Shown here: piece by piece, positions 28,305 through 35,381 of the stretch
Position numbering within the stretch: position 1 is the first letter of the stretch
How the letters are laid out: every line of letters begins with the position of its first letter
NCBI GenBank assembly: GCA_039936335.1
Contig: JBDTIQ010000116.1
Location: forward strand, 1-41,275
DNA length: 41,275 bases
Direction of reading: 5' to 3'
DNA from: Chthoniobacterales bacterium
GTDB lineage: Bacteria > Verrucomicrobiota > Verrucomicrobiia > Chthoniobacterales > UBA10450
Made by a program: the position numbers and the translations under genes
Notes under the pieces: model-generated
Told to the model about the DNA's origin: nothing
The model's database searches: none
The model's input: only the letters and a program-made list of their open reading frames with translations

Positions 28305-28961
28305 TTAGCGTGGGCTGACGCTCGGAGAGGGGCTGGCCGTCGCGGTCGGCGAGGTCCCGTAGGTCGATTCCGTCATGGGCGTCGTGCTCGGACTGGGCGA
28401 GGCGCTGCTGTTCCCGCCCTCCTGACCGCTGCGGGAGTTGACCTCTTCGGATGTGAGTGTGTCCGGGAACCAGATGATGTCGTAGTAAGTGAAGATCGGC
28501 TCTTCCATCGTTCGGTTGGAAAGATTGGAGAGATCGTTCGGATTAAACTTCGGCGCGTTTGCCAATTTTTGTTTCGAGCTGTTCAGCACGAAATGCGGCG
28601 CCTGGCCATTGGTGGCGTGCGGTGCCGGATTGAGCGCGTTCCACGGGACTGTCACCTTCTTGCTGCCCGTACTCAGGACCGCATAGCGGATGTGTCCGGT
28701 GTTCGTGTTGACGACGATGTTGCTGATCGTGCCGAGGTCTTCACCCTGCTGGCTTTTCACATGGCAGCCCATGATTTTCGAGCCGAGGACGAACTGACTT
28801 TCGCCGTTGGCCATGTCATTCATGCTGCTGCTGGCGGCGGGGCTCATGCCAGGGCTGCTTTCAGGTGTGCTTTGCGCAGAGGCCGTCGCGCTTGCGCAGA
28901 AGAGGGCGGCGCAGACGCACGCGCTGGAGACGAGAAGTTGAGGTTTGAGTCGTTTTTTCAT
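28305..28961 (-). CDS. Secreted PRC-barrel domain protein
   Basis: Signal peptide MKKRLKPQLLVSSACVCAALFCASATASA. PRC-barrel-like core GSKIMGCHVKSQQGEDLGTISNIVVNTNTGHIRYAVLSTG...VPWNAL. Ser/Pro/Thr-rich C-terminus. Confidence 0.7.
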   Translation of the reverse strand: MKKRLKPQLLVSSACVCAALFCASATASAQSTPESSPGMSPAASSSMNDMANGESQFVLGSKIMGCHVKSQQGEDLGTISNIVVNTNTGHIRYAVLSTGSKKVTVPWNALNPAPHATNGQAPHFVLNSSKQKLANAPKFNPNDLSNLSNRTMEEPIFTYYDIIWFPDTLTSEEVNSRSGQEGGNSSASPSPSTTPMTESTYGTSPTATASPSPSVSPR

Positions 28962-29311
28962 AATTTGTTTTTTCTTGGTTGCTGTCCCGCTCCGGGCTCG
29001 ACAGGAGCACCGCGCGGACTTGGCTACACGACTAATTCGCGCTCGCGTCGAGGACTGTTTGTCGATATCCGCCCCATGCTTCCCCTCGGGGAATCTCCTA
29101 GGTCGGATCGCTCTCGTTTTGGAAAAGGGCGAGCGGCAGTCGCCGCTTCGCCTAACTACAAAGCGAGAGATGTGCGATTGACTTCCGCGATATTTCCTGA
29201 ACGCTCAGAATGTTAAAAAAAGATTGCGGCCTTTCGCCTTGCAGGAGAGAACAGGAATGGAAACGACCATGCAGGCCGGGTGAGGATGAGCGCGAAAAAA
29301 GACAACTGATC

Positions 29312-30016
29312 ATGAAAAAATTTGCCTTCGGCTGCGGTGGAATCCTGCTCGTGGTTGCGTTCATCGCGGTGATCATCGCGATCGCGGTCGCCGGTAAATA
29401 CAACGCGCTCGTAAAACTCGATCAAAGCGTGAACCAATCCTGGGCGCAGGTGCAGAACGTTTACCAGCGGCGCGCCGACCTCATCCCGAATCTCGTGCAG
29501 ACGGTTTCGGGCGCGGCGAACTTTGAGAAGTCGACCTTAATCGCGGTGACGGACGCACGCGCCAGTGTCGGTCGCGTGCAGCTCGATCCGAACAAAGCGC
29601 CGACCGATGCCGCACAGCTCCAGAAATTCCAGGCGGCGCAAGGACAACTGAGCAACGCGCTCTCGCGCCTGCTCGTGGTGACCGAAAATTATCCCGACTT
29701 GAAGGCAAACCAGAACTTCCTCGCCCTCCAGGCGCAGCTCGAAGGCACGGAAAACCGGATCTCGGTCGAGCGCGGAAATTTCAACACTACGGTGCAGGCC
29801 TACAACACGGCGGTGAAGACTTTCCCGACGAATATTTTTGCCGGCATGCTCGGCTTCCCCGTGCGGCCGTTCTTCAATGCGCAGCCCGGTGCGGAGACCG
29901 CCCCGGCGGTGAAGTTTGATTTCAATAACGGCGCGCCTGCGACGGGGCCGGCCGCTGCGACGCCGCTCCCGGTGGCACCCGCCGCCCCGGCGGCGAGCGC
30001 GGTGCCCACACCCTAA
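29312..30016 (+). CDS. lemA: LemA-family protein
   Basis: N-terminal TM followed by KYNALVKLDQSVNQSWAQVQNVYQRRADLIPNLV and ENYPDLKANQNFLALQAQLEGTENRI. The TAA stop lies inside the nonamer motif. Confidence 0.85.
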   Translation: MKKFAFGCGGILLVVAFIAVIIAIAVAGKYNALVKLDQSVNQSWAQVQNVYQRRADLIPNLVQTVSGAANFEKSTLIAVTDARASVGRVQLDPNKAPTDAAQLQKFQAAQGQLSNALSRLLVVTENYPDLKANQNFLALQAQLEGTENRISVERGNFNTTVQAYNTAVKTFPTNIFAGMLGFPVRPFFNAQPGAETAPAVKFDFNNGAPATGPAAATPLPVAPAAPAASAVPTP

Positions 30017-30036
30017 CGAATCGGTCCGCACGACCT

Positions 30037-30170
30037 GTCATCCTGAGTGGAGTGAAGCGAAGCGCAACGCAGTCGAAGGATCCGGTGGAAAAACGGGGAC
30101 GCTTCTGCGCGAGCGCTGTAGGACGACTCTACGGGAACCCTCGGCTCCGCTTCGCTCCCCTCGGGATGAC
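30037..30170. repeat. Family-1 palindromic element, copy 8
   Basis: GTCATCCTGAGTGGAGTGAAGCGAAGCGCAACGCAGTCGAAGGATCC ... CCCTCGGCTCCGCTTCGCTCCCCTCGGGATGAC. It lies between lemA and the TPM gene. Confidence 0.9.
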
Positions 30171-30924
30171 GGCGTGGCTGGCCGCGTTCTTCTTCCTCTG
30201 TAGCGGATTTAGCTCGCTCATGGCGGAGAAGATTCCGCCTAAGCCTGCCGGTTATTTCAACGACTACGCCAATGTGGTAGACCATCAGACAGCTCTGGGA
30301 TTCAACGAGCAGCTCGCCCAGTTTGAGCGACAAACTTCCACGCAAATCCTGGTCGCGATCTACCAGACGATGGAGAGCGAATCGTCGGTCGCCGATTACA
30401 CCCAACGCGTCGCGCAGACCTGGGGCGTCGGGCAGAAAGGGCACAGCAACGGCGCGGTCCTGTTCGTTTTTGTCGAGAACCATCAGATGTTCATCCAGAC
30501 CGGCTATGGACTGGAGGGCGCGCTGCCGGACGCGACCTGTTTCGACATCACGCACAACGTCATCGCGCCGCTTTTCAAGCAGGGCGACTACGCGGCCGGC
30601 CTGAAGGCTGGGATCACGGCGATGATGCAGGCGGTGCGCGGAGAATACAAAGGCACCGGCAAGACCGATCTCGAAAAGTCCAAGGGTGGCGCGAGTGGAT
30701 TCCCGATCGGAATGATTATTTTTGTTCTCATTCTGATTTTCATCATTTACTCACGCTTCTCGCGCACCGGTCGGCGCGGCTACGGCTACAGCGGCTGGGG
30801 CGGCCCGTTCATCGGCGGGTTCGGGGGCGGCGGCGGTGGGTCGTCGGGGGGTGGCGGCGGATTTAGCGGATTCAGCGGCGGCGGCGGCAGCTTCGGCGGC
30901 GGCGGCGCCGGCTCAGGCTGGTAA
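30166..30924 (+). CDS. TPM-domain protein (YgcG-like) with C-terminal TM and Gly-rich tail
   Basis: YFNDYANVVDHQTALGFNEQLAQFERQTSTQILVAIY, then a TM segment and a GGGGSSGGGGGFSGFSGGGGSFGGGG tail. The proposed ATG at 30166 lies inside the right arm (GGGATGAC) of a palindromic element. Confidence 0.75.
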   Translation: MTAWLAAFFFLCSGFSSLMAEKIPPKPAGYFNDYANVVDHQTALGFNEQLAQFERQTSTQILVAIYQTMESESSVADYTQRVAQTWGVGQKGHSNGAVLFVFVENHQMFIQTGYGLEGALPDATCFDITHNVIAPLFKQGDYAAGLKAGITAMMQAVRGEYKGTGKTDLEKSKGGASGFPIGMIIFVLILIFIIYSRFSRTGRRGYGYSGWGGPFIGGFGGGGGGSSGGGGGFSGFSGGGGSFGGGGAGSGW

Positions 30925-30930
30925 AATCGG

Positions 30931-31365
30931 ATGCGCACGAAACATTTTCTCGGGCAACTGGATCACGCGCGGATCGTCAAGGCGATCGGCGATGCGGAGC
31001 AAGCGACCTCCGGTGAGGTCCGCGTCTTTGTGCAGCGTGGCGAGGTCGAAGATCCGGTCGCGGCCGCGCGCACGCAGTTTGAAAAACTCGGCATGACAGC
31101 GACGCGCCAGCGCAACGGCGTGCTCATTTTCGTCGCGCCGCGCTCGCAGAAATTTGCCGTGATTGGCGACGAAGGAATCCACCAGCGTTGCGGCGACGGC
31201 TTCTGGCAGCATCTGGTCGATGCGATGGCGCTGCATTTTCGCGCGGAGAATTTCACCGATGCGGTCGTGCACGCGATCGAGCGGATTGGCGAGTTGCTCT
31301 CCGAGCATTTCCCACGTTTGCCGGACGACAAGAACGAACTCCCCGACGCCGTCGAGGAAGGCTGA
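30931..31365 (+). CDS. TPM-domain protein (cytoplasmic type)
   Basis: 144 aa with SGEVRVFVQRG...RNGVLIFVAPRSQKFAVIGDEGI, typical of the second TPM gene in LemA-TPM-TPM clusters. Confidence 0.7.
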   Translation: MRTKHFLGQLDHARIVKAIGDAEQATSGEVRVFVQRGEVEDPVAAARTQFEKLGMTATRQRNGVLIFVAPRSQKFAVIGDEGIHQRCGDGFWQHLVDAMALHFRAENFTDAVVHAIERIGELLSEHFPRLPDDKNELPDAVEEG

Positions 31366-31383
31366 GCGCACCAGTCCGCTCCT

Positions 31384-31455
31384 TGCACCTACACTTTAAC
31401 TTTCACTACACTCCCAGGGCGCAGACGTGCAGGTGAAAGTTAAGGTGTAAGTGCA
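31384..31455. repeat. Family-5 hairpin (23-nt arms, 26-nt loop)
   Basis: TGCACCTACACTTTAACTTTCAC ... GTGAAAGTTAAGGTGTAAGTGCA, with two mismatches, directly after the second TPM gene. No T-tract follows, so I do not call it an intrinsic terminator. Confidence 0.7.
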
Positions 31456-31600
31456 GGTCCGCCGCAGAGTGACTTGCAAACTCTGCATGATCGTGTTCAT
31501 TCCCCGTCCCGCTGCGAGTTTTTAAATCGTTGCGCCGTTGGTCCCTGGGTTTCCGTCGCTTGACTCGAAACCGCGCTCGCCAGGGGGAACCCGGTGCTTT

Positions 31601-31638
31601 AGGAGTTTCGGATTTCGGTCTTCGAGTTTCGGATTTTT
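31601..31638. repeat. Solo half-copy of the family-4 module
   Basis: AGGAGTTTCGGATTTCGGTCTTCGAGTTTCGGATTTTT in the rpoA leader. Confidence 0.55.
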
Positions 31639-31680
31639 CAACCATCCGCCGCTTCGTCTCCGTGGTCCGTATTTTAAGTT

Positions 31681-32721
31681 ATGCCAGTTCGTTACGGTCG
31701 TTTTGAAATGCCCAAGACCCTCACCAAAGATGAGGCGTCATCCACAGATACCTACGGCAAGTTTGTCGCCGAGCCCTTCGAGGCCGGCTACGGTCACACC
31801 GTAGGAAATTCCCTCCGCCGCGTCCTGCTTTCCTCACTGGAAGGCGCCGCCATCACCGCCGTGAAAATCACCGGCGCGCAGCATGAATTCGGCACGCTTC
31901 CGGGCGTCGTCGAGGATGTCACCGACATCGTGCTCAACCTCAAGCGCATCAAATTTAAATCCGCCGACCACGAAGCGCGCCAGCTCCAGCTGAACGTGAA
32001 CAAAGAAGGCGAAGTCACCGCCGGCGACATCTCGCTCGTCCAGGGCTACGAAGTTTTGAATCCGAAGCAGGTCATCTGCACACTCGATAAGAAGCACAAA
32101 TTCGAAGCCGAGTTCGACGTGCGCGTCGGCCGCGGTTTCGCGACGGGCGACGAGAACAAACGCCCCGACCAGCCGATCGGCCTCATCCCGATCGACTCAA
32201 TCTTTTCGCCGGTCACCCGCGTGAAATACGCGGTCGAAAACACCCGCGTCGGTCAGCGGACCGATTACGACAAGCTCATCCTTGAGGTCTGGACCGACGG
32301 TCGCCTCGCGCCTGACGAAGCCTTGCTCCAAGCTTCCGCGATCATGCGGCATCACCTCGATGTATTCGTGAACTTCAACGAAGACGTGATCGAGTTCGAC
32401 GAGACGCCAGCTGGTGTTTCCGAGGAAAACGTGAAGCTGAAGAAGCTTCTGAACATGAGCGTGAACGAGATCGAGCTCAGCGTGCGCGCGGCAAATTGCC
32501 TGAACAACGCCAACATCACCACCGTCGGCCAGCTCGCGCAGAAGTCGGAAGCCGAGATGTTGAAGTATCGCAACTTCGGCAAGAAATCGCTCAACGAAAT
32601 CAAAGACAAACTCCAGCAGCTCGGCCTCGGTCTCGGTCAGAAATTCGATCCGGGTCTGGTCGAGATCCCGATCAGCGTCGAGGGCGCAGATGGGGCAGAT
32701 GGGGCGAACGAAGAGAAGTAG
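31681..32721 (+). CDS. rpoA: DNA-directed RNA polymerase subunit alpha
   Basis: GYGHTVGNSLRRVLLSSLEGAAITAVKI N-terminal domain and C-terminal domain ELSVRAANCLNNANITTVGQLAQKSEAEMLKYRNFGKKSLNEIK. Confidence 0.95.
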   Translation: MPVRYGRFEMPKTLTKDEASSTDTYGKFVAEPFEAGYGHTVGNSLRRVLLSSLEGAAITAVKITGAQHEFGTLPGVVEDVTDIVLNLKRIKFKSADHEARQLQLNVNKEGEVTAGDISLVQGYEVLNPKQVICTLDKKHKFEAEFDVRVGRGFATGDENKRPDQPIGLIPIDSIFSPVTRVKYAVENTRVGQRTDYDKLILEVWTDGRLAPDEALLQASAIMRHHLDVFVNFNEDVIEFDETPAGVSEENVKLKKLLNMSVNEIELSVRAANCLNNANITTVGQLAQKSEAEMLKYRNFGKKSLNEIKDKLQQLGLGLGQKFDPGLVEIPISVEGADGADGANEEK

Positions 32722-32751
32722 TCGTTAGGCATTTTAGTCGGAGAAGCAGCT

Positions 32752-33297
32752 ATGAGGCACCAAAAGAAAACCGTTAAACTGGGAGTGACCGCCGCGCATC
32801 GCAAGTCGTTGCTCGCGAATCAGGTCTGCAGCCTGATCGAGCATCAACGGATCAAAACCACGCTGGCAAAAGCGAAAGCCGTGCGGCCGCTTGCGGAAAA
32901 AATGGTGACGCTCGGTAAAAACGGTTCGCTCCACGCGCGCCGGACAGCTCTTGCAGTGCTTCGGCAAAAGGACGCGGTGAAGAAGTTGTTCGACGACATC
33001 GCGCCGCGTAGCGCCGATCGCAAAGGCGGCTACACCCGCATTATCAAGCTCGGCCAACGCAAGAGCGACGCTGCCGCGGTCGCCTTCATCGAATGGGTGG
33101 ATGCGCCGCAGGTAGTGGAAGAAGAGGCAAAACCCGAGGCGAAAGGCAAGAAGCGCGCGAGCAAATCTCCGAAGGCCGCAGCGAGCAGCGAAGCCGGTTC
33201 CAAACCGGTGAAGAAGGCGAAGAAACCGCCGCGGCGAAAGAGAAAAAAGAAGACGCCGAGAAGTAGCCTAACGAGTCCGAGTCAGACTCCAGGTTAA
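32752..33297 (+). CDS. rplQ: 50S ribosomal protein L17 with Lys-rich C-terminal extension
   Basis: MRHQKKTVKLGVTAAHRKSLLANQVCSLIEHQRIKTTLAKAKAVRPLAEKMVTLGK. The 3' end overlaps the convergent phosphoesterase gene by 30 bp. Confidence 0.9.
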   Translation: MRHQKKTVKLGVTAAHRKSLLANQVCSLIEHQRIKTTLAKAKAVRPLAEKMVTLGKNGSLHARRTALAVLRQKDAVKKLFDDIAPRSADRKGGYTRIIKLGQRKSDAAAVAFIEWVDAPQVVEEEAKPEAKGKKRASKSPKAAASSEAGSKPVKKAKKPPRRKRKKKTPRSSLTSPSQTPG

Positions 33298-33729
33298 CTT
33301 CCCATCGGCTGCGATTTTGAGGGTTGCGACGCTCGCGGGCGCGCCGCGATTTGGTCGGGTCACGCAGCCGGGATTAAGAAATCGCACGCCGCCGATGCGC
33401 TCATCGCGCGGAACGTGTGTGTGACCGTGCAAGAGCACGTCGGCCTCGCCTTCCGGCGGCCGCGATGGCGGGATGTGGACGAGACGGAACCGCACGCCAT
33501 GGCGCTTCAAATCGACCACGAGCGGCCAATCATAATTCGCGTCGCAGTTCCCGCGCACGATCGTGACCGGCAGCCCGAGGCTTTCGATCTCGAGAAGTAA
33601 ATGCGGCGCGCAGACATCGCCGAGATGCCAAATCTCATCCGCGCCTTCCGCGAGCGTCTCAAGATTCGGCGGCAAGTGATTGTGGGTATCGGCGATCACC
33701 AGAACGCGCAATGATTTTGGCTCGGCCAT
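33268..33729 (-). CDS. YfcE/MJ0936-family metallophosphoesterase
   Basis: Motifs VIADTHN, HLGDV, RGNCD, LLHGHTH. The likely start is ATG at 33729 (MAEPKS), since upstream ATGs lie in a repeat arm. The TAG stop is the complement of 33268-33270, inside the nonamer motif. Confidence 0.8.
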   Translation of the reverse strand: MAEPKSLRVLVIADTHNHLPPNLETLAEGADEIWHLGDVCAPHLLLEIESLGLPVTIVRGNCDANYDWPLVVDLKRHGVRFRLVHIPPSRPPEGEADVLLHGHTHVPRDERIGGVRFLNPGCVTRPNRGAPASVATLKIAADGKLTWSLTRTR

Positions 33730-33736
33730 TCGTTTT

Positions 33737-33770
33737 GTCATCCTGACCAAAGGGAAGGACCTCGCAAGCG
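33737..33770. repeat. Truncated family-1 left arm
   Basis: GTCATCCTGACCAAAGGGAAGGACCTCGCAAGCG with no matching right arm. It sits adjacent to a complete copy. Confidence 0.6.
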
Positions 33771-33822
33771 AGAACAGACGCGACGGAAGCGAAACGCGTC
33801 ACGCTAAGGGACGCAACTGCCT

Positions 33823-33947
33823 GTCATCCCGAGCGGAGCCGAAGGCGCAGTCGAGGGATCCCGCTGGTCTTCCTCAAAGCCCGCGCTCCGAGTTTGCCAG
33901 CTCTTCCACGGGATCCTTCGACTTCGTTCCGCTGCGCTCAGGATGGC
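33823..33947. repeat. Family-1 palindromic element, copy 10
   Basis: GTCATCCCGAGCGGAGCCGAAGGCGCAGTCGAGGGATCC ... GGGATCCTTCGACTTCGTTCCGCTGCGCTCAGGATGGC. Confidence 0.85.
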
Positions 33948-34013
33948 AAAATTGCCTAACGAAACCTCCGTCCGCCGTTGCTTCTGCGCCTAACCGATCT
34001 ACTGTGGAGACCT

Positions 34014-35231
34014 GTGTCTTTCAACAACTTCGGGCTTTCCCAGGAAGTCGTGCGGGGAACCCAGGCGATGGGCTTTACGGAGCCTACGCCAATCCAGCTC
34101 CGCGCTTTTCCCATCGTTCTCGGCGGCAGAGATCTCATCGGGACCGCGCAAACCGGCACCGGTAAAACCGCCGCCTTCGCGCTGCCGATTCTCACCCTGC
34201 TGGCGCAGCACGGCGCGTTTCGTTGTTTAATCCTTGAGCCGACGCGCGAGCTCGCGGCGCAAGTCGAGACGGCTTTTCGCGATTACGGGCGCTACACGGA
34301 TCTGCGCGTCTCGGTCGTGCACGGTGGCGTCGGCTACGGCAAGCAAAAGGAAGAAGCCGCCGCGGGAACAGACATTGTCTGCGCGACGCCCGGGCGCTTG
34401 CTCGATCTGCTCGAGCAAGGTGCGATGAACTTTCGGAACGTGAACATTCTCGTGCTCGATGAAGTCGATCGGATGCTCGACATGGGATTCCTCCCCGACG
34501 TGCGCCGGATCGTCGAGCAGATTTCGACCGATCGGCAAACGCTCCTCTTCTCGGCCACTTTACCGCCGGAGATTGAGCGGCTCGCGGCATGGGTTTTACG
34601 CGATCCGGAAGTGGTGGAAATCGGAGCGCAACGTTCGCCGGCTGAAACGGTGACTCACGCCGTTTATCCCGTAGCTGCCGAGCAGAAATTCGACCTGCTC
34701 ATGGCGCTCCTCGAGCGCACCAACTACGACAGCGCGCTGATTTTCTCCCGCACGAAACACGGCGCCGATCGAATCGCGTCCCAGCTCAAGCAAGGCAAAC
34801 ACGCCGTCGCGGTTCTGCATTCCAATCGCACCCAGCGCGAGCGCGTCGAAGCGCTCGAAGGTTTCAAGAGCGGCAAATACGAAGTCATGGTCGCGACCGA
34901 TATCGCCGCGCGCGGGATCGACATTGCGGGGGTCACGCACGTCATCAACTACGACGTTCCGGAGCATCCGGAAGATTACGTGCACCGCATCGGTCGGACC
35001 GGCCGCGCGCAGAAGGTCGGCGACGCTTTCACTCTCATGAACGGCGAAGAGCTGCCGTCTCTCCAGGCGATCGAGCGCTTCATCGGGCAGAAAATTCCAC
35101 GGCTGAAACTCGATAATTTCCCCTACATCTACACCGTCCTCTTCGAGCCGGAATCGGCCAGCGGCGGCAAGCGCGCGATCGGCGGTGGCCGCACGCATCG
35201 GGGCTATTCCTTCGGCCGGCGGCGTCGTTAG
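34014..35231 (+). CDS. rhlE: DEAD-box ATP-dependent RNA helicase (RhlE-like)
   Basis: Q motif FTEPTPIQ, AQTGTGKT, PTRELA, DEVD (DEAD variant), SAT, HRIGRTGRA. I chose the GTG start at 34014, preceded by GGAGA at 34005-34009; the longest ORF starts at TTG 33978. Confidence 0.85.
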   Translation: MSFNNFGLSQEVVRGTQAMGFTEPTPIQLRAFPIVLGGRDLIGTAQTGTGKTAAFALPILTLLAQHGAFRCLILEPTRELAAQVETAFRDYGRYTDLRVSVVHGGVGYGKQKEEAAAGTDIVCATPGRLLDLLEQGAMNFRNVNILVLDEVDRMLDMGFLPDVRRIVEQISTDRQTLLFSATLPPEIERLAAWVLRDPEVVEIGAQRSPAETVTHAVYPVAAEQKFDLLMALLERTNYDSALIFSRTKHGADRIASQLKQGKHAVAVLHSNRTQRERVEALEGFKSGKYEVMVATDIAARGIDIAGVTHVINYDVPEHPEDYVHRIGRTGRAQKVGDAFTLMNGEELPSLQAIERFIGQKIPRLKLDNFPYIYTVLFEPESASGGKRAIGGGRTHRGYSFGRRRR

Positions 35232-35241
35232 GCCCTAACGA
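35225..35241. repeat. Perfect inverted pair of the abundant motif (TCGTTAGG-C-CCTAACGA) at the helicase stop codon
   Basis: 17-bp palindrome. The helicase TAG stop (35229-35231) lies inside its left half. Confidence 0.9.
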
Positions 35242-35260
35242 CACTACTGCGCCGCGCACT

Positions 35261-35381
35261 CGTAGCACGGGCATCCGACCTGTGGGGCCTGCGGGCGTCT
35301 CGCCCGGTGCCTCTGCCGCGACTACTCTGGTCGACCGGGCAAGATGCCCGGTTGCCCCACAGGCAGGATGCCTGTGCTACG
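35261..35381. repeat. Family-3 palindromic element, copy B
   Basis: CGTAGCACGGGCATCCGACCTGTGGGGC ... GCCCCACAGGCAGGATGCCTGTGCTACG (about 28-bp inverted termini). It lies between the convergent helicase and peptidase genes. Confidence 0.85.

Noticed and set aside
29128-29153. GC-rich hairpin GGCGAGCGGC-AGTC-GCCGCTTCGCC in the lemA upstream region, as a possible terminator.
   Set aside because: No gene upstream in either orientation would use it, the T-tract is weak, and the stem has a bulge.
23203-29311. Search for sigma-54 promoters (TGGCAC-N5-TTGC) near the NtrC-type regulator and in the divergent region 28962-29311.
   Set aside because: I saw only partial matches with wrong GG-to-GC spacing (for example TTGGCTACACGACTAATTCGC near 29020), and none is convincing.
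7251-29390. GCGATCGC (cyanobacterial HIP1-like palindrome) seen several times, for example near 7251, 16461, 25887, 28066 and 29378.
   Set aside because: The word is GC-rich and expected fairly often at this composition. Its frequency did not look exceptional by eye, unlike GCCTAACGA.
27251-32721. Motif-poor stretches: 27251-30011, 30020-32721, and the last 790 bp including the PEP-CTERM gene.
   Set aside because: At about 1.4 copies per kb, gaps of 1-3 kb are within ordinary sampling variation. I mention it only as a weak hint for the low-GC PEP-CTERM gene.
33183-33266. An alternative reading frame for the L17 tail (…EETAAAKEKKEDAEK-TAG at 33264-33266) that resembles the rpoA ending GAG AAG TAG followed by the motif.
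   Set aside because: It would need a frameshift. The annotated frame is open and gives a plausible Lys-rich tail, so nothing in the sequence forces the alternative.
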